Assembly: GCA_963803575.1 (NCBI GenBank)
Contig: CAWDMW010000001.1
Location: forward strand, 272,086 to 336,085
Source of the DNA: an uncultured Alphaproteobacteria bacterium
GTDB taxonomy: Bacteria; Pseudomonadota; Alphaproteobacteria; Rickettsiales; UBA998
DNA: 64,000 nt
Direction of reading: 5' to 3'
In this document: positions 17,489 to 27,671 of the stretch, piece by piece
Layout of the letters: each line of letters begins with the position of its first letter
Numbering within the stretch: position 1 is the first letter of the stretch
Notes under the pieces: model-generated
Told to the model about the DNA's origin: nothing
Database searches by the model: none
Seen by the model: the letters and a program-made list of their open reading frames with translations, nothing else
Program-made: the position numbers and the translations under genes

Positions 17489-17797
17489 GTGGCAGGAACA
17501 GGAAGATTACAGTCAGATCCGCTCTTTCAGGGGTTAGCACGTCCAGTGATGATCGCTGGTGTCAGCTATATGTATTTTGTACTAAATGCTTTAATGACGC
17601 TCATCGTGTTTATTCACTCCAAGGACTTTCTCATGTTAATTATTGTAGGCCCCGCTATTCACGGTATCGGCTATATGATCTGTATGAAAGAACCACGCGC
17701 CGTGGAACTTATGATGCTTAGAGGAAAGCACGGCTACCGAAGCTGGAATAATCTCATGGGATATCATTATGGCACTAACTCATATGATGTATTTTAA
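17489..17797 (+). CDS. virB3: type IV secretion protein VirB3
   Basis: GTG start after AAGGAG. Sequence LQSDPLFQGLARPVMIAGVSYMYF plus two TM segments. Confidence 0.9.
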   Translation: MAGTGRLQSDPLFQGLARPVMIAGVSYMYFVLNALMTLIVFIHSKDFLMLIIVGPAIHGIGYMICMKEPRAVELMMLRGKHGYRSWNNLMGYHYGTNSYDVF

Positions 17798-20202
17798 TGG
17801 TACAGCTATCAAAACGAGAAATATCTAACGCGAAAGAGTCAGGAAGGGAACTCGCCTCCTCCTCTTTCATTCCGTACCTGTATCACTACGATAAGGAAAC
17901 GATTTTGCTGGATAATATGTCCATGATGCAAATCATCCGTATGGACGGGTTTTCGTTTGAAACCGCCGATGATATTGAAGTGGATATGCGTAAAATGGTG
18001 CGTAATTCACTGCTGAAAAGTTTGGGTGATGGGAATTACTCTATCTGGTTCCATATTGTACGCAGACGCCAATCTGCCTATCCGGACGGGTCGCAACCAA
18101 AGGGATTTGCGCGCTATATTGATGATCGGTGGCGTGGCAAACACGACTCTAAAGACTTGTATATCAATGAGTTGTATCTCTCTATTATCCGTCAGGAAGA
18201 TCAGGAGGGTGCAGCCAAAATTGAGAATTACTGGAACCGTATTGAAGAACGTGCAGATAAACAGCGTAGATATTTGCGGATGCAGGAAGCACATAAAGAC
18301 TTAAAAGAAACCGTTTACCGTATTTTGGCTACATTTAAAGATTACGGTGCAGAAGTGCTTGGTGTACGTGAGACGGAACATGGAGCCATATCAGAACCTA
18401 TGAGTTTTCTGGGGCGCTTAGTCAATGGTGGATATTATCAGGATATGCTGGTGCCAACAATGGAGATTCGGCAATATCTGGCAACACACCGCATTTACTT
18501 TGGTAACCGCGCTGCTGAGGTACGACGCCCCGATAAAAAACAATTCGTTGGAATGGTGAGCATCAAAGAATATGCACCAGCGACTGCTGCCGGAATGCTT
18601 GATGCATTTTTGCAACTCCCTATGGAATTTATTGTTGCACAATCCTTTCAATATCATAATCGCCAAACCAATATTGGGCAAATGCAGGTGCGTCAGCGTC
18701 GAATGATTGCCTCGGAAGATAAGGCTATCACACAAGTCGCAGAAATTAGTGACGCGCTGGATATGGCTATGTCAGGCCACGTGGCATTTGGCACCCACCA
18801 CATGACCGTCATGTGCATGGAAGATACAACGAAGCAATTAGAGAAATCTATTTCTATGGCCATTGCCGAGCTGGTAAATTTAGGGATTAATCCGGTAAGG
18901 GAACGACTGGTACTGGAGCAGTGCTTTTGGGCGCAACTTCCGGGTAACGGAGATTTTGTTGGACGATTAGCAGACATCCACACACTGAACATGGCTGGCT
19001 TTGCTTCCATGCATAATTACCCGGTTGGGAAGATTAACCAAAATCACTGGGGTAATGCGGTCAGTATTTTCAACACCACATCTGGTACCCCTTATTACTT
19101 TAACTTCCACCTCAGAGATGTAGGACACACGACGATCATCGGCCCCACAGGTGCCGGTAAAACGGTACTCATGAACTTTCTGGTGGCGCAAGCGCAGAAG
19201 TTTAACTGTCGTACTTTTATGTTTGATAAAGATAGAGGTGCGGAAATCTTTGTACGTGCTTTAGAAGGGGAATATTCACATATTGACCCGGGTGATGTAT
19301 GTAACTTCAACCCACTACAATTACCTGACACAAGCGAGAATCGTACCTTTTTGGTTGAATGGATTAAAACACTCATCAGCGTACATGATGAACCCATTAC
19401 CGCACAGGATAATGATGCCATTATTGAAGCCATTAATGGCTGTTTCAAACTGGATAAGTCAGATAGAATGTTACGCAATGTTGCACCTTTTCTAGGGCTA
19501 GAAGGCCCTGGCACAGTAGCTTCGCGCCTACGTCAATGGCATTCAAGTGGCATGTATGCCGGAATGTTTGATAATCCGAAAGACGTCATCAACTTCAATA
19601 ATGGGTCTATTTTCGGGTTTGAGATGGGAGATGTTCTAAGCAACAAAGTGACGCTTATGCCGGTCCTGACCTATTTGTTTCATCGTATTCAACTGGCACT
19701 GGATGGCACCCCAACCATTATTGTCCTTGATGAGGCGTGGGCATTAATTGACAATAAATACTTTAAAGCCAAAATTAAAGACTGGCTAAAGACACTTCGT
19801 AAGCTTAATGGCATGGTCGTGTTTGCCACGCAAAGTGTGGAAGATGCTGCCAATAGTGACATTAGTGATACGTTGATCCAGCAAACAGCTACACAAATTT
19901 TCTTACCCAATCCCAAAGCAACAGAAGCCTATAAAAAATCCTTCATGATTAGTGATCGCGAATTTAATTTGCTAAAAACAACTGATCCGGGGTCACGTTA
20001 TTTCCTGCTAAAACAGGGGAAAGACGTTGTGATTGCCCGCATTGATTTAAGCGGTATGGAAGACATTATTCATGTATTGTCTGGTCGGGCGGAAACGGTG
20101 AGCATTCTAGATGATGTTATGAAAGAGATAGGCGGCGATCCGGAACAATGGATTCCGATCTTTCAGCAGCGTGTGGCGGAAAGGCAGAATGGGACGCAGT
20201 AA
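17797..20202 (+). CDS. virB4: type IV secretion ATPase VirB4
   Basis: 801 aa. Walker A IIGPTGAGKTVLMNF and Walker B IIVLDEAW. TAATG overlap with virB3. Confidence 0.97.
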   Translation: MVQLSKREISNAKESGRELASSSFIPYLYHYDKETILLDNMSMMQIIRMDGFSFETADDIEVDMRKMVRNSLLKSLGDGNYSIWFHIVRRRQSAYPDGSQPKGFARYIDDRWRGKHDSKDLYINELYLSIIRQEDQEGAAKIENYWNRIEERADKQRRYLRMQEAHKDLKETVYRILATFKDYGAEVLGVRETEHGAISEPMSFLGRLVNGGYYQDMLVPTMEIRQYLATHRIYFGNRAAEVRRPDKKQFVGMVSIKEYAPATAAGMLDAFLQLPMEFIVAQSFQYHNRQTNIGQMQVRQRRMIASEDKAITQVAEISDALDMAMSGHVAFGTHHMTVMCMEDTTKQLEKSISMAIAELVNLGINPVRERLVLEQCFWAQLPGNGDFVGRLADIHTLNMAGFASMHNYPVGKINQNHWGNAVSIFNTTSGTPYYFNFHLRDVGHTTIIGPTGAGKTVLMNFLVAQAQKFNCRTFMFDKDRGAEIFVRALEGEYSHIDPGDVCNFNPLQLPDTSENRTFLVEWIKTLISVHDEPITAQDNDAIIEAINGCFKLDKSDRMLRNVAPFLGLEGPGTVASRLRQWHSSGMYAGMFDNPKDVINFNNGSIFGFEMGDVLSNKVTLMPVLTYLFHRIQLALDGTPTIIVLDEAWALIDNKYFKAKIKDWLKTLRKLNGMVVFATQSVEDAANSDISDTLIQQTATQIFLPNPKATEAYKKSFMISDREFNLLKTTDPGSRYFLLKQGKDVVIARIDLSGMEDIIHVLSGRAETVSILDDVMKEIGGDPEQWIPIFQQRVAERQNGTQ

Positions 20203-21646
20203 ACTTACCCTTTTTCTTTATCTGATTGTATTTGCGCTAATTTTTACCTCCACCGCTCATGCAGGAGTGACGAACCCTTATGCCAATGCAACAACATTTC
20301 TGACTGATCGTTGCCCTGAAAACGGCAATGTGTTTGCTCGCATTGTGGTGTGTATGGAAGACACTGTCGTTAGAGGCACACAATATTTTATTCAGGAATT
20401 TTACAACGATGAAATTATCAATGCCATGGTATTGGTGCTGTTACTGGCCGTAATCCTGTTCGGTGTAAAGCTGGCAGCAGGAGAGCACCGGCGCGTTGCA
20501 AACGACACCATGGTGTTTCTGTTAAAATTTGGCGCTGTCATGTATTTCATTGGGAATGTAGACGAATTATATCTGCAATTTGTAGGTATGCTCACCGGCG
20601 TTGTTAATACGGTCGGGAATGTAGGTGCATATGCCGCAGGCCTCAGGTGTGAGCCATTGCCGTTTGATGTTGGCGTTCCAGTTGGTAGCTATGCCTCAAC
20701 TGAGCCTATGTGGCAACGGGCTGACTGTATCTTTGATATGGTCATCGGCTTATCATCCAATGCCATACAGGGTGGCGGAAGCGCACAGGAAGGGCTGCAA
20801 CGTGGTATGATGGGCTTCTTCTTTTATAATTTCTACTCAGGCGCGCTGGGAATGCTGATTGGATTAGCAGGGTTATATATCTGCTTTAATCTTGTAATGG
20901 CGTTGTTACGCGCCTCATACACGTATCTTCTGGCATTATTGGTGCTATCGTTGCTCTTTATTATTGGTGCACTCTTTATGCCGCTCATCATGTTTGCGAA
21001 TACATCACGATATTTTGAAACATGGGTAAAGATGATTATCGCAATGATATTACAGCCACTCATCCTGTTTGCATACCTAAATATTATGTTTGTTGCCTTT
21101 GATTTACTACTGTTTAGCGGTAGCAACTCTTTAATGAATACCATTGCCGGAGATGCAGCGAATAATCCGGGATTCAATATTCATACCTATGCGGAAGCAA
21201 ATGACCTTTATGATGAGGGGTCAAAACAATTTACACATGATCTGGATCAATCAGAGCTGGATACGTCTGCTCTGGATCCTAACGGGAATGAAGGGTCATT
21301 TGGAAATATCAAATTCACTGATCTAAAACCTGACTATGAAAATTTATCACAACTTAAAATTGATCTGCAATATCGCACTATTAACTATGACAATATTCCA
21401 GGAGGTGCCGGAGCGTTAGCCGGGGCAACATTGCTGGTTGGGCTATGCTCTTATATTCTGGTCACTTTTATGTCAGAAATCCCTAAGATGGCTCGAGACT
21501 TAGCCGGAGGTATTCATAAAGCACCAGCGGTCATTTCTGCAGGGTCTGAGAATGCTCTACCTTTAAGCGGTCAAATAAGCAATATGGGTAGTAATATGAC
21601 AAAAGGTGTCAGGGAAGGGCTAAGCGGATTAGTGGGGCAACGATAA
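20189..21646 (+). CDS. virB6: VirB6/TrbL-like polytopic membrane protein, paralog 1
   Basis: ATG 20189 after GGAAAGG. Signal-like MGRSKLTLFLYLIVFALIFTSTAHA, several TM segments and a hydrophilic C-terminal region. Confidence 0.8.
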   Translation: MGRSKLTLFLYLIVFALIFTSTAHAGVTNPYANATTFLTDRCPENGNVFARIVVCMEDTVVRGTQYFIQEFYNDEIINAMVLVLLLAVILFGVKLAAGEHRRVANDTMVFLLKFGAVMYFIGNVDELYLQFVGMLTGVVNTVGNVGAYAAGLRCEPLPFDVGVPVGSYASTEPMWQRADCIFDMVIGLSSNAIQGGGSAQEGLQRGMMGFFFYNFYSGALGMLIGLAGLYICFNLVMALLRASYTYLLALLVLSLLFIIGALFMPLIMFANTSRYFETWVKMIIAMILQPLILFAYLNIMFVAFDLLLFSGSNSLMNTIAGDAANNPGFNIHTYAEANDLYDEGSKQFTHDLDQSELDTSALDPNGNEGSFGNIKFTDLKPDYENLSQLKIDLQYRTINYDNIPGGAGALAGATLLVGLCSYILVTFMSEIPKMARDLAGGIHKAPAVISAGSENALPLSGQISNMGSNMTKGVREGLSGLVGQR

Positions 21647-23058
21647 TGAGTCCCACAACACGCTTCCTGTATTATAGCCTTGCAGCATTCCTTACACTGA
21701 TGTTAAGCGTCTCTCCTGCAAATGCACTGGACTTCACTACACCAGCGGGTGTAGTGAACTGCGATCTCGCAGGCGAATCTCTTGCGGTAAAAGTGATATA
21801 TTGCACCAAAATGGCTGTTTTTTCAAATACCGAGCAGTTTTTAGCGGCCAGTTCAGATTTTTTTCTTCCTATGACGATGTCTGTACTGACCTTCTCTTTA
21901 GTGTTGCTGGGCGTTCGTATAGCCTCAGGTGAGAGAGATCCGCAAAAACTGGTTTTTAGCTACCTTCTTAAATTTGGCTTTGTTTTGTTTCTCGCGGATA
22001 ATTTTGGTGCTTCACTCGATGGTGGGCTGACCGATAATGTCTTTAGCATTATGGAACAAATGCAGGCATCCGTTATTCCGGCTCTCTATGGGGGAGGTTT
22101 TTGTGATATTACGTCTACACCTGCTCTTCCCGTAGGAGGAGGCTTATATATTAACCCTATCACCTATACACCATGGCAATATATTGACTGCGTGTTTGAT
22201 TATATCTTTGGTTTTGGACGTGACGCGACCATTGCCAGTTCTATCTTTGGCTTTATTGGTTCGCTTTTCTTTAGTGGTACCATGGGCGTAACGATATTCT
22301 TTATCGGATTAATGTCCGTTATCTCACTAGCCATGTTTGCATTCAGGTGTGTATATGTTGTGTTGCTATCCTATGTATTTGTAGGCTTCATCATTATTCT
22401 GGTTCCGTTCTTTGCTTCATGGCTTATGTTCAAATTTACTGAAGGTGCTTTTTACAAAATGCTCTTTGAAATTGTTAGCGCTATCTTCCAGCCATTTATG
22501 ATGATTGTATTTCTCGCTTTTGCGTTGCCCATGTTAGATGAATTTGTCTTCAACCCTGCTGATGAACAGTCGTTAGTCAGTACGCTGGGTAAAGCGGAAG
22601 ATATCACAGAAAATTATCGCCTCGAGTCTCCGCAATGCGAAATGAAAGTACCATCTGACTTCTCTTTCTTTGATGATGCTAACCTCAATAATATTATCCC
22701 TGATCTGATTACTCCGAAAGATAGCGGTGCCATGGACTGGTGCGATAAAATGAAATTTAGTACCGTCGATATGGGAGAAAGACATGCTGAGGATCTGTGG
22801 AAAATTGGGGTTAGTTTAATACGTATCTTAGTGGTAACCCTGTTGATCGTTACTATTGGGGGGATTGTTCCAAGTCTGACAGCGCGACTGGTTGGAGGCG
22901 GATTCTCATTTGCTCAAAGCACAAACACCATGCCACTACAACAACAAATACAAAGCGGTGTTGGTCAAATGCGTAACAGTATGTCCAGCGGTGCTTTAAT
23001 GGGTGGCAATAGCGGCATCGGCTCCATCACACGCGCAGGTATTCCGGGAACAAGGTAA
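21646..23058 (+). CDS. virB6: VirB6/TrbL-like polytopic membrane protein, paralog 2
   Basis: TAATG overlap with paralog 1. Signal-like LAAFLTLMLSVSPANA. It shares ...LLKFG(A/F)V(M/L)(Y/F)(F/L)... with paralog 1. Confidence 0.8.
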   Translation: MSPTTRFLYYSLAAFLTLMLSVSPANALDFTTPAGVVNCDLAGESLAVKVIYCTKMAVFSNTEQFLAASSDFFLPMTMSVLTFSLVLLGVRIASGERDPQKLVFSYLLKFGFVLFLADNFGASLDGGLTDNVFSIMEQMQASVIPALYGGGFCDITSTPALPVGGGLYINPITYTPWQYIDCVFDYIFGFGRDATIASSIFGFIGSLFFSGTMGVTIFFIGLMSVISLAMFAFRCVYVVLLSYVFVGFIIILVPFFASWLMFKFTEGAFYKMLFEIVSAIFQPFMMIVFLAFALPMLDEFVFNPADEQSLVSTLGKAEDITENYRLESPQCEMKVPSDFSFFDDANLNNIIPDLITPKDSGAMDWCDKMKFSTVDMGERHAEDLWKIGVSLIRILVVTLLIVTIGGIVPSLTARLVGGGFSFAQSTNTMPLQQQIQSGVGQMRNSMSSGALMGGNSGIGSITRAGIPGTR

Positions 23059-23065
23059 AGCAATC

Positions 23066-24352
23066 ATGATAAAACATACTCTACATCTTTTTTTACTTTT
23101 CGTATTCCTGGTATTACAAAGCAATGCAGGTTTTGCTTCAGACGCACTTCCAAGCGAATTGCTTGATAATTGTACGCAAAGTAATTTTTTCGACTATGAA
23201 AACAATAAAACACAAGCGCAAACGTTACTACAGGATATCGTCAATGAAATTGTGGTGATTGTTGATAATGCCATTGACCGGCTGTATAATGCATTCGTTG
23301 GAGATGCTAACTATCAAACAGCGATTTACGCAGCTTTTATGTTGATGGTAATCTTTTTTGCCGTGTCTTTCATGTTTGGATTTGTCACCCTGACCCTGTT
23401 TCAGGGGCTGGTACGCCTCATCAAATTGGGGTTTGTTGCATGGATCGCAAGTCCGGCAGGACTAAATTTCATGTATAGTGAAGAAGGTATCATTACTTTC
23501 TTTGATAGTGGTGGTGCATGTATCATTGATGCAATGATACAAATTTCTATAAGCGGCGCGGTAGGAACATGTAACAATACTATTGCAGCTCCTTTTGCCG
23601 TACTAGACAGCATTATCCAGATTGTTTTCTCCCCACGCATGGCGGTAACCATTATTGGAACATTAGAGACTGGCCCCTTCGGCCCCGTCATGTTTTTTGG
23701 GCTGATATGGGCAGTATTTTCTGTCTTTATGGCAATTCTCAAAGCACTTAATATTTATGTGGTGTCTATCGTTGTGAAAGCGGTGTTGTATGGTCTTGCA
23801 CCTGTCTTTATTCCAATGATGCTGTTTGAACGCACGAAATCCCTCTTTACCAACTGGCTGAACCAGCTGATTAACTTTACGCTTCAACCAATTTTGCTAT
23901 TTGCCTTTATCTCTTTCTTTGCGGCATTGTTAACATCAGCTGCAAGAGATATTTTGCCGCCGGATGATGTACATTTATGTTACGTCCGCGCCGGGAATCA
24001 GGCAGCAACACCGTTTGAAATTCACCGCTGGAAGTATATGTGCTGTGCTGGGGGAACGTGTCAACCTTATGAAGGGAAATGGACACAGGAAGGGCCTATC
24101 AACTGCCCAAGCGCACCTATTTTCCCTATGAATCACGTAAATATACTTGTATTCCTGCTACTCACGCATATTATGAGACAATTAGCTGACGTAGCAGTCA
24201 CAATCGCCACGGAATTGTCACAAGGCGTCATGAAACTAAATGACTTTACCGGTACAGTCAATTCATGGTTTGGCTCAGGCGGCGGCGGTGGAGGCCGCGG
24301 CGGTGGAGGCAGATCGGAGTCTCAGCGAAGACGTGATGCCATTAGAAAATAA
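23066..24352 (+). CDS. virB6: VirB6/TrbL-like polytopic membrane protein, paralog 3
   Basis: ATG 23066 gives MIKHTLHLFLLFVFLVLQSNAGFA. Multiple TM segments. Gly/Arg tail GSGGGGGGRGGGGRSESQRRRDAIRK. Confidence 0.8.
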   Translation: MIKHTLHLFLLFVFLVLQSNAGFASDALPSELLDNCTQSNFFDYENNKTQAQTLLQDIVNEIVVIVDNAIDRLYNAFVGDANYQTAIYAAFMLMVIFFAVSFMFGFVTLTLFQGLVRLIKLGFVAWIASPAGLNFMYSEEGIITFFDSGGACIIDAMIQISISGAVGTCNNTIAAPFAVLDSIIQIVFSPRMAVTIIGTLETGPFGPVMFFGLIWAVFSVFMAILKALNIYVVSIVVKAVLYGLAPVFIPMMLFERTKSLFTNWLNQLINFTLQPILLFAFISFFAALLTSAARDILPPDDVHLCYVRAGNQAATPFEIHRWKYMCCAGGTCQPYEGKWTQEGPINCPSAPIFPMNHVNILVFLLLTHIMRQLADVAVTIATELSQGVMKLNDFTGTVNSWFGSGGGGGGRGGGGRSESQRRRDAIRK

Positions 24353-24379
24353 TATGATAGTCAATAAAGGATATAGTTT

Positions 24380-24553
24380 ATGACACACCTACTACACTCA
24401 TTTGCAAGCTATGGTCTGATTGCACTCGCCATGCTAACGCTTTCTGCCTGTGGCGATGTTGGACAGCAGGAAGATTTAAAAAGCCCATGTGTTGGAACGG
24501 AAGATAGCCCTTGTGGCGAAAAACGCTCTGTCAATGACTGGTGGCTGGCTTAA
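24380..24553 (+). CDS. 57-aa lipoprotein, VirB7-like candidate
   Basis: Not in the ORF track (under 60 aa). AAAGGA lies 8 nt upstream. Sequence is MTHLLHSFASYGLIALAMLTLSACGDVGQQEDLKSPCVGTEDSPCGEKRSVNDWWLA. The lipobox is LSAC. The C-terminal C-G-x-x-R-S-V-N-D-W-W resembles Agrobacterium VirB7 CKGPIFPLNVGRW. Confidence 0.55.
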   Translation: MTHLLHSFASYGLIALAMLTLSACGDVGQQEDLKSPCVGTEDSPCGEKRSVNDWWLA

Positions 24554-24630
24554 ACAAAAGGTTGCACAAGTACTGGTTAGGACTATAGTGAATAATACAT
24601 CATCTATAGCCAAAACATTCTGCCCTACCT

Positions 24631-26467
24631 ATGCCTACATCTTCTGACTCCGAAACAAACCATACCACAGTAGACACTTCCGGGCAGTTTAACCCCATGC
24701 TGTATACGCATAACATGGTTAAGTCTGGTGCATTGTGGCAGGACATTATCAAAATTATTGCACAGGAAGATGCTTTTGCAGATATGCGAGACACTGACCC
24801 CGGCATGTGGCATATGGCCTCCCAGTATTATCAATGGATGGGACGCGCCATGCAGGATCCTACACGACTGATGCAACTCAGTTATGTCTGGTGGACAGAT
24901 TCCGCGGATTTATGGCAAAAAACCATGCAACGGTTTTTAGAAGCACAGGACGAAGACACCTCAAAAACCCCATCTCAGCCAGACCGCCGTTTTGCGTCTG
25001 ACGCATGGAATGATAATATATATTTTGATTATCTTAAAGAGCATTACCTCATGACATCCTCATGGATGCAGAATGCCGTCACACAGCTTGACGAAGATAC
25101 AGACACCCATACACAAAACAAAATGAGCTTTTATACGCGCCAATGGCTTGACGCTATTGCTCCCAGCAATTTTATGATTACGAACCCGGAAGTGCTTCAG
25201 GCCGCGCTGGAAAGTAACGGTGAGAGTATTCTGAAAGGATTGACAAACTTACGCGAAGATGTGGAACGCGGCAAAGGACGGCTAGCGATCAGTACGACAG
25301 ATAATAAAGCGTTTAAAGTTGGCGAGAATCTGGCAGCAACTGAAGGCAGCGTGATATACGAAAATCACATGATGCAGCTTATTCAGTATGCACCAACCAC
25401 GGCTAACGCACGTTCAATACCATTATTGCTTATCCCTGCATGGATCAATAAATACTATATTTTTGATATGCAGCAGAAAAATTCTTTTGTCGCGTGGCTG
25501 GTGGAGCAAGGCTACACCGTGTTTGTGATTTCGTGGGTCAACCCGGATGAACGCCATAAAGATATAAACTTTGAAGATTATATGCAGGATGGTCTGCTCA
25601 AAGCCATTCACACGGTAATTGATATATGCAATGTACCAAAAGTACATTGTATGGGATATTGTTTGGGTGGCACATTGCTGGCCACTACACTGGCGTATCT
25701 TCATGCCCAGAACAAGCAAACCATTGTGGCGTCAGCTACCTATCTAACGACGATGGTAGATTTCTCTGAACCCGGTGAACTGGGCGTGTTTATTGATGAA
25801 GAACAAATTAATCCGTTGAACACGAATGCAAAAGACAGGATATCTGGAAGGCTCTGAAATGTCAGCGACCTTTAGCTTGCTACGCTCAAATAATATGATC
25901 TGGTCATTTGTTATCAATAATTACCTGCTTGGCAAAGAACCCTTCCCGTTTGACCTGCTTTACTGGAATTCTGATTGTACGCGTATGCCAGCAAAAATGC
26001 ATAGTTTCTATCTGCGCAATATGTATCAGCAAAATAAGTTTATTCAAGCTGGTGGGCTGGACATATTAGGGGTTCCGATTAATTTGCGCTGCATTACAAC
26101 ACCATCCTTTATCCTGTCCACCCGTGAAGATCATATTGCCCCGTGGGAATCCACTTACGCGGCAACCACACTCTACCAGGGTGAGGTAGAGTTTGTCTTG
26201 GCAGGCTCAGGCCATATTGCAGGCGTGATTAACCCTCCCACACGCAGTAAATACGGTTACTGGACAAACGATACTTCCGCAAAGAACAAAGATAGTGCTA
26301 CGTGGCTAAAAGGTGCCGATCAGCATGAAGGGTCATGGTGGCCATACTGGGATAAGTGGCAAGCACAACAGTTGAAGGGCAATGAAAATGTTCCCGCACG
26401 AAACGTTGGCAGTGCGTCCTATGTTCCACTGGAAGCTGCGCCCGGTAGCTATGTCACCATCCGCTGA
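24631..26467 (+). pseudogene. phaC: class I poly(3-hydroxyalkanoate) synthase, split by a frameshift near 25820-25830
   Basis: Track ORFs 24631..25857 and 25826..26467 are consecutive parts of one PhaC. The lipase box GYCLGG lies in part 1. Part 2 has ...FDLLYWNSDCTRMP...GHIAGVINPP.... Part 2 is in the +1 frame relative to part 1. Confidence 0.85.
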
Positions 26468-26786
26468 CATTCGCCTGATTTACACGACTGTTGATTCTAT
26501 TAAGACCGCAGAAACGCTGGCACATGGATTGCTAGATCAACAGTTAATCGCTTGTGCAAATATGTTGCCAGCCATGCAATCCATTTATCGCTGGGAAGGT
26601 AATATTATGCAGGAACAGGAAACAGTCATCCTTTTAAAGACAGCACAGACGAAATGCCAGGATGTCATATCATATCTTCGCAAACATCACCCGTATGAAT
26701 GCCCATCCATTCTGGAATTACCCGTTATAGGAGGAAATCCAGACTTTTTTACGTGGATTATGCAGGAAGTTGCGAAAAGCGGTTGA
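26451..26786 (+). CDS. cutA: divalent-cation tolerance protein CutA
   Basis: IRLIYTTVDS...LIACANMLPAMQSIYRWEG...ILLKT. ATG 26451 overlaps the phaC stop. The longer track start at 26382 lies inside phaC. Confidence 0.85.
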   Translation: MSPSADIRLIYTTVDSIKTAETLAHGLLDQQLIACANMLPAMQSIYRWEGNIMQEQETVILLKTAQTKCQDVISYLRKHHPYECPSILELPVIGGNPDFFTWIMQEVAKSG

Positions 26787-26826
26787 ATTATAGATCGGGC
26801 TTTGATACATAATGCTACGTGATTGT

Positions 26827-26900
26827 TGGGGTATGGCCAAGCGGTAAGGCAACGGTTTTTGGTATCGTCATCCCTGGTTCGAATCCAGGTACCCCAGCCA
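26827..26900 (+). tRNA. tRNA-Gln (UUG)
   Basis: Hand fold: acceptor TGGGGTA/TACCCCA, anticodon stem ACGGT/ATCGT with loop TTTTGGT (anticodon TTG), T-arm CCTGG-TTCGAAT-CCAGG, encoded CCA. Confidence 0.9.
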
Positions 26901-27026
26901 TTCATCTGGTTCAGTCAAATCTTCGACAATACTAATTTGAGATACTGTCTGGACAATAACCAAGCACGACTTATCATTTAGTATTGGATAACAGAATAGA
27001 TGCATAGGCTGATTTTGATGAAGGAA

Positions 27027-27671
27027 TTATTTGGCAAATGTTCCATGGCTCACGAAATGTAGAGTTTGTTTTTGTACCTCTTTATGATGAGGAAACCATG
27101 TATGCGTTGAACGGACAATAACATGATCTTTCATCCCATCCAGTTTAGTGCTTTCGATAGACACTTTACCATCATTTTTTCCTTTAATAACAAACGATGA
27201 CAATGGCTCAAGTGATAGGCTTCCTGCTATTACTCCACACTCATAATCAATATTGCCAAACAAATGCTTTATTGCCGTTTGATCTGTAATAAGCTGTTGT
27301 CCGGCAGGGCCATAGAACCTTTGATACAGCCAGTTATGTTTTAAAAAATCGGCTACTTCACTCCCTTTATTCGGAACGGCTAACAGGACGATACGTCCTA
27401 ACATTGAGGGACGATATTTGCTCAGGATAGCTCTGACCAGTAACCCACCCATCGAATAGCCAATAAAATGTACAGGCTTTTCCTCCTGCAATTTAGCAGA
27501 GATATCTTTCCAAGCCGTATCTACCAGTTCTTCTAAGGGCTGTTTGGTAGATGGATAATCCACATTCAGTACATCGTAGCCTTGCGAGGCGGCATACGTC
27601 GCCAGTTTACGCATATGTCTGCTTGTGCGGAATATTCCGTGTAAGATAACGACGTAATCATGTTGTGCCAT
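27027..27671 (-). CDS. alpha/beta-fold hydrolase (esterase/lipase-like)
   Basis: VVILHGIFRT... and nucleophile elbow GYSMGG. Overlaps the tetR stop by 14 nt, so they form an operon. Confidence 0.8.
   Translation of the reverse strand: MAQHDYVVILHGIFRTSRHMRKLATYAASQGYDVLNVDYPSTKQPLEELVDTAWKDISAKLQEEKPVHFIGYSMGGLLVRAILSKYRPSMLGRIVLLAVPNKGSEVADFLKHNWLYQRFYGPAGQQLITDQTAIKHLFGNIDYECGVIAGSLSLEPLSSFVIKGKNDGKVSIESTKLDGMKDHVIVRSTHTWFPHHKEVQKQTLHFVSHGTFAK

Noticed and set aside
25817-25860. Programmed recoding in phaC
   Set aside because: There is no X XXY YYZ heptamer, SD-like stimulator or downstream structure at the shift. A mutation or sequencing error is simpler.
26687-26905. 72-aa minus-strand ORF
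   Set aside because: It overlaps the cutA 3' end and is antisense to the whole tRNA-Gln, so it is an artefact.
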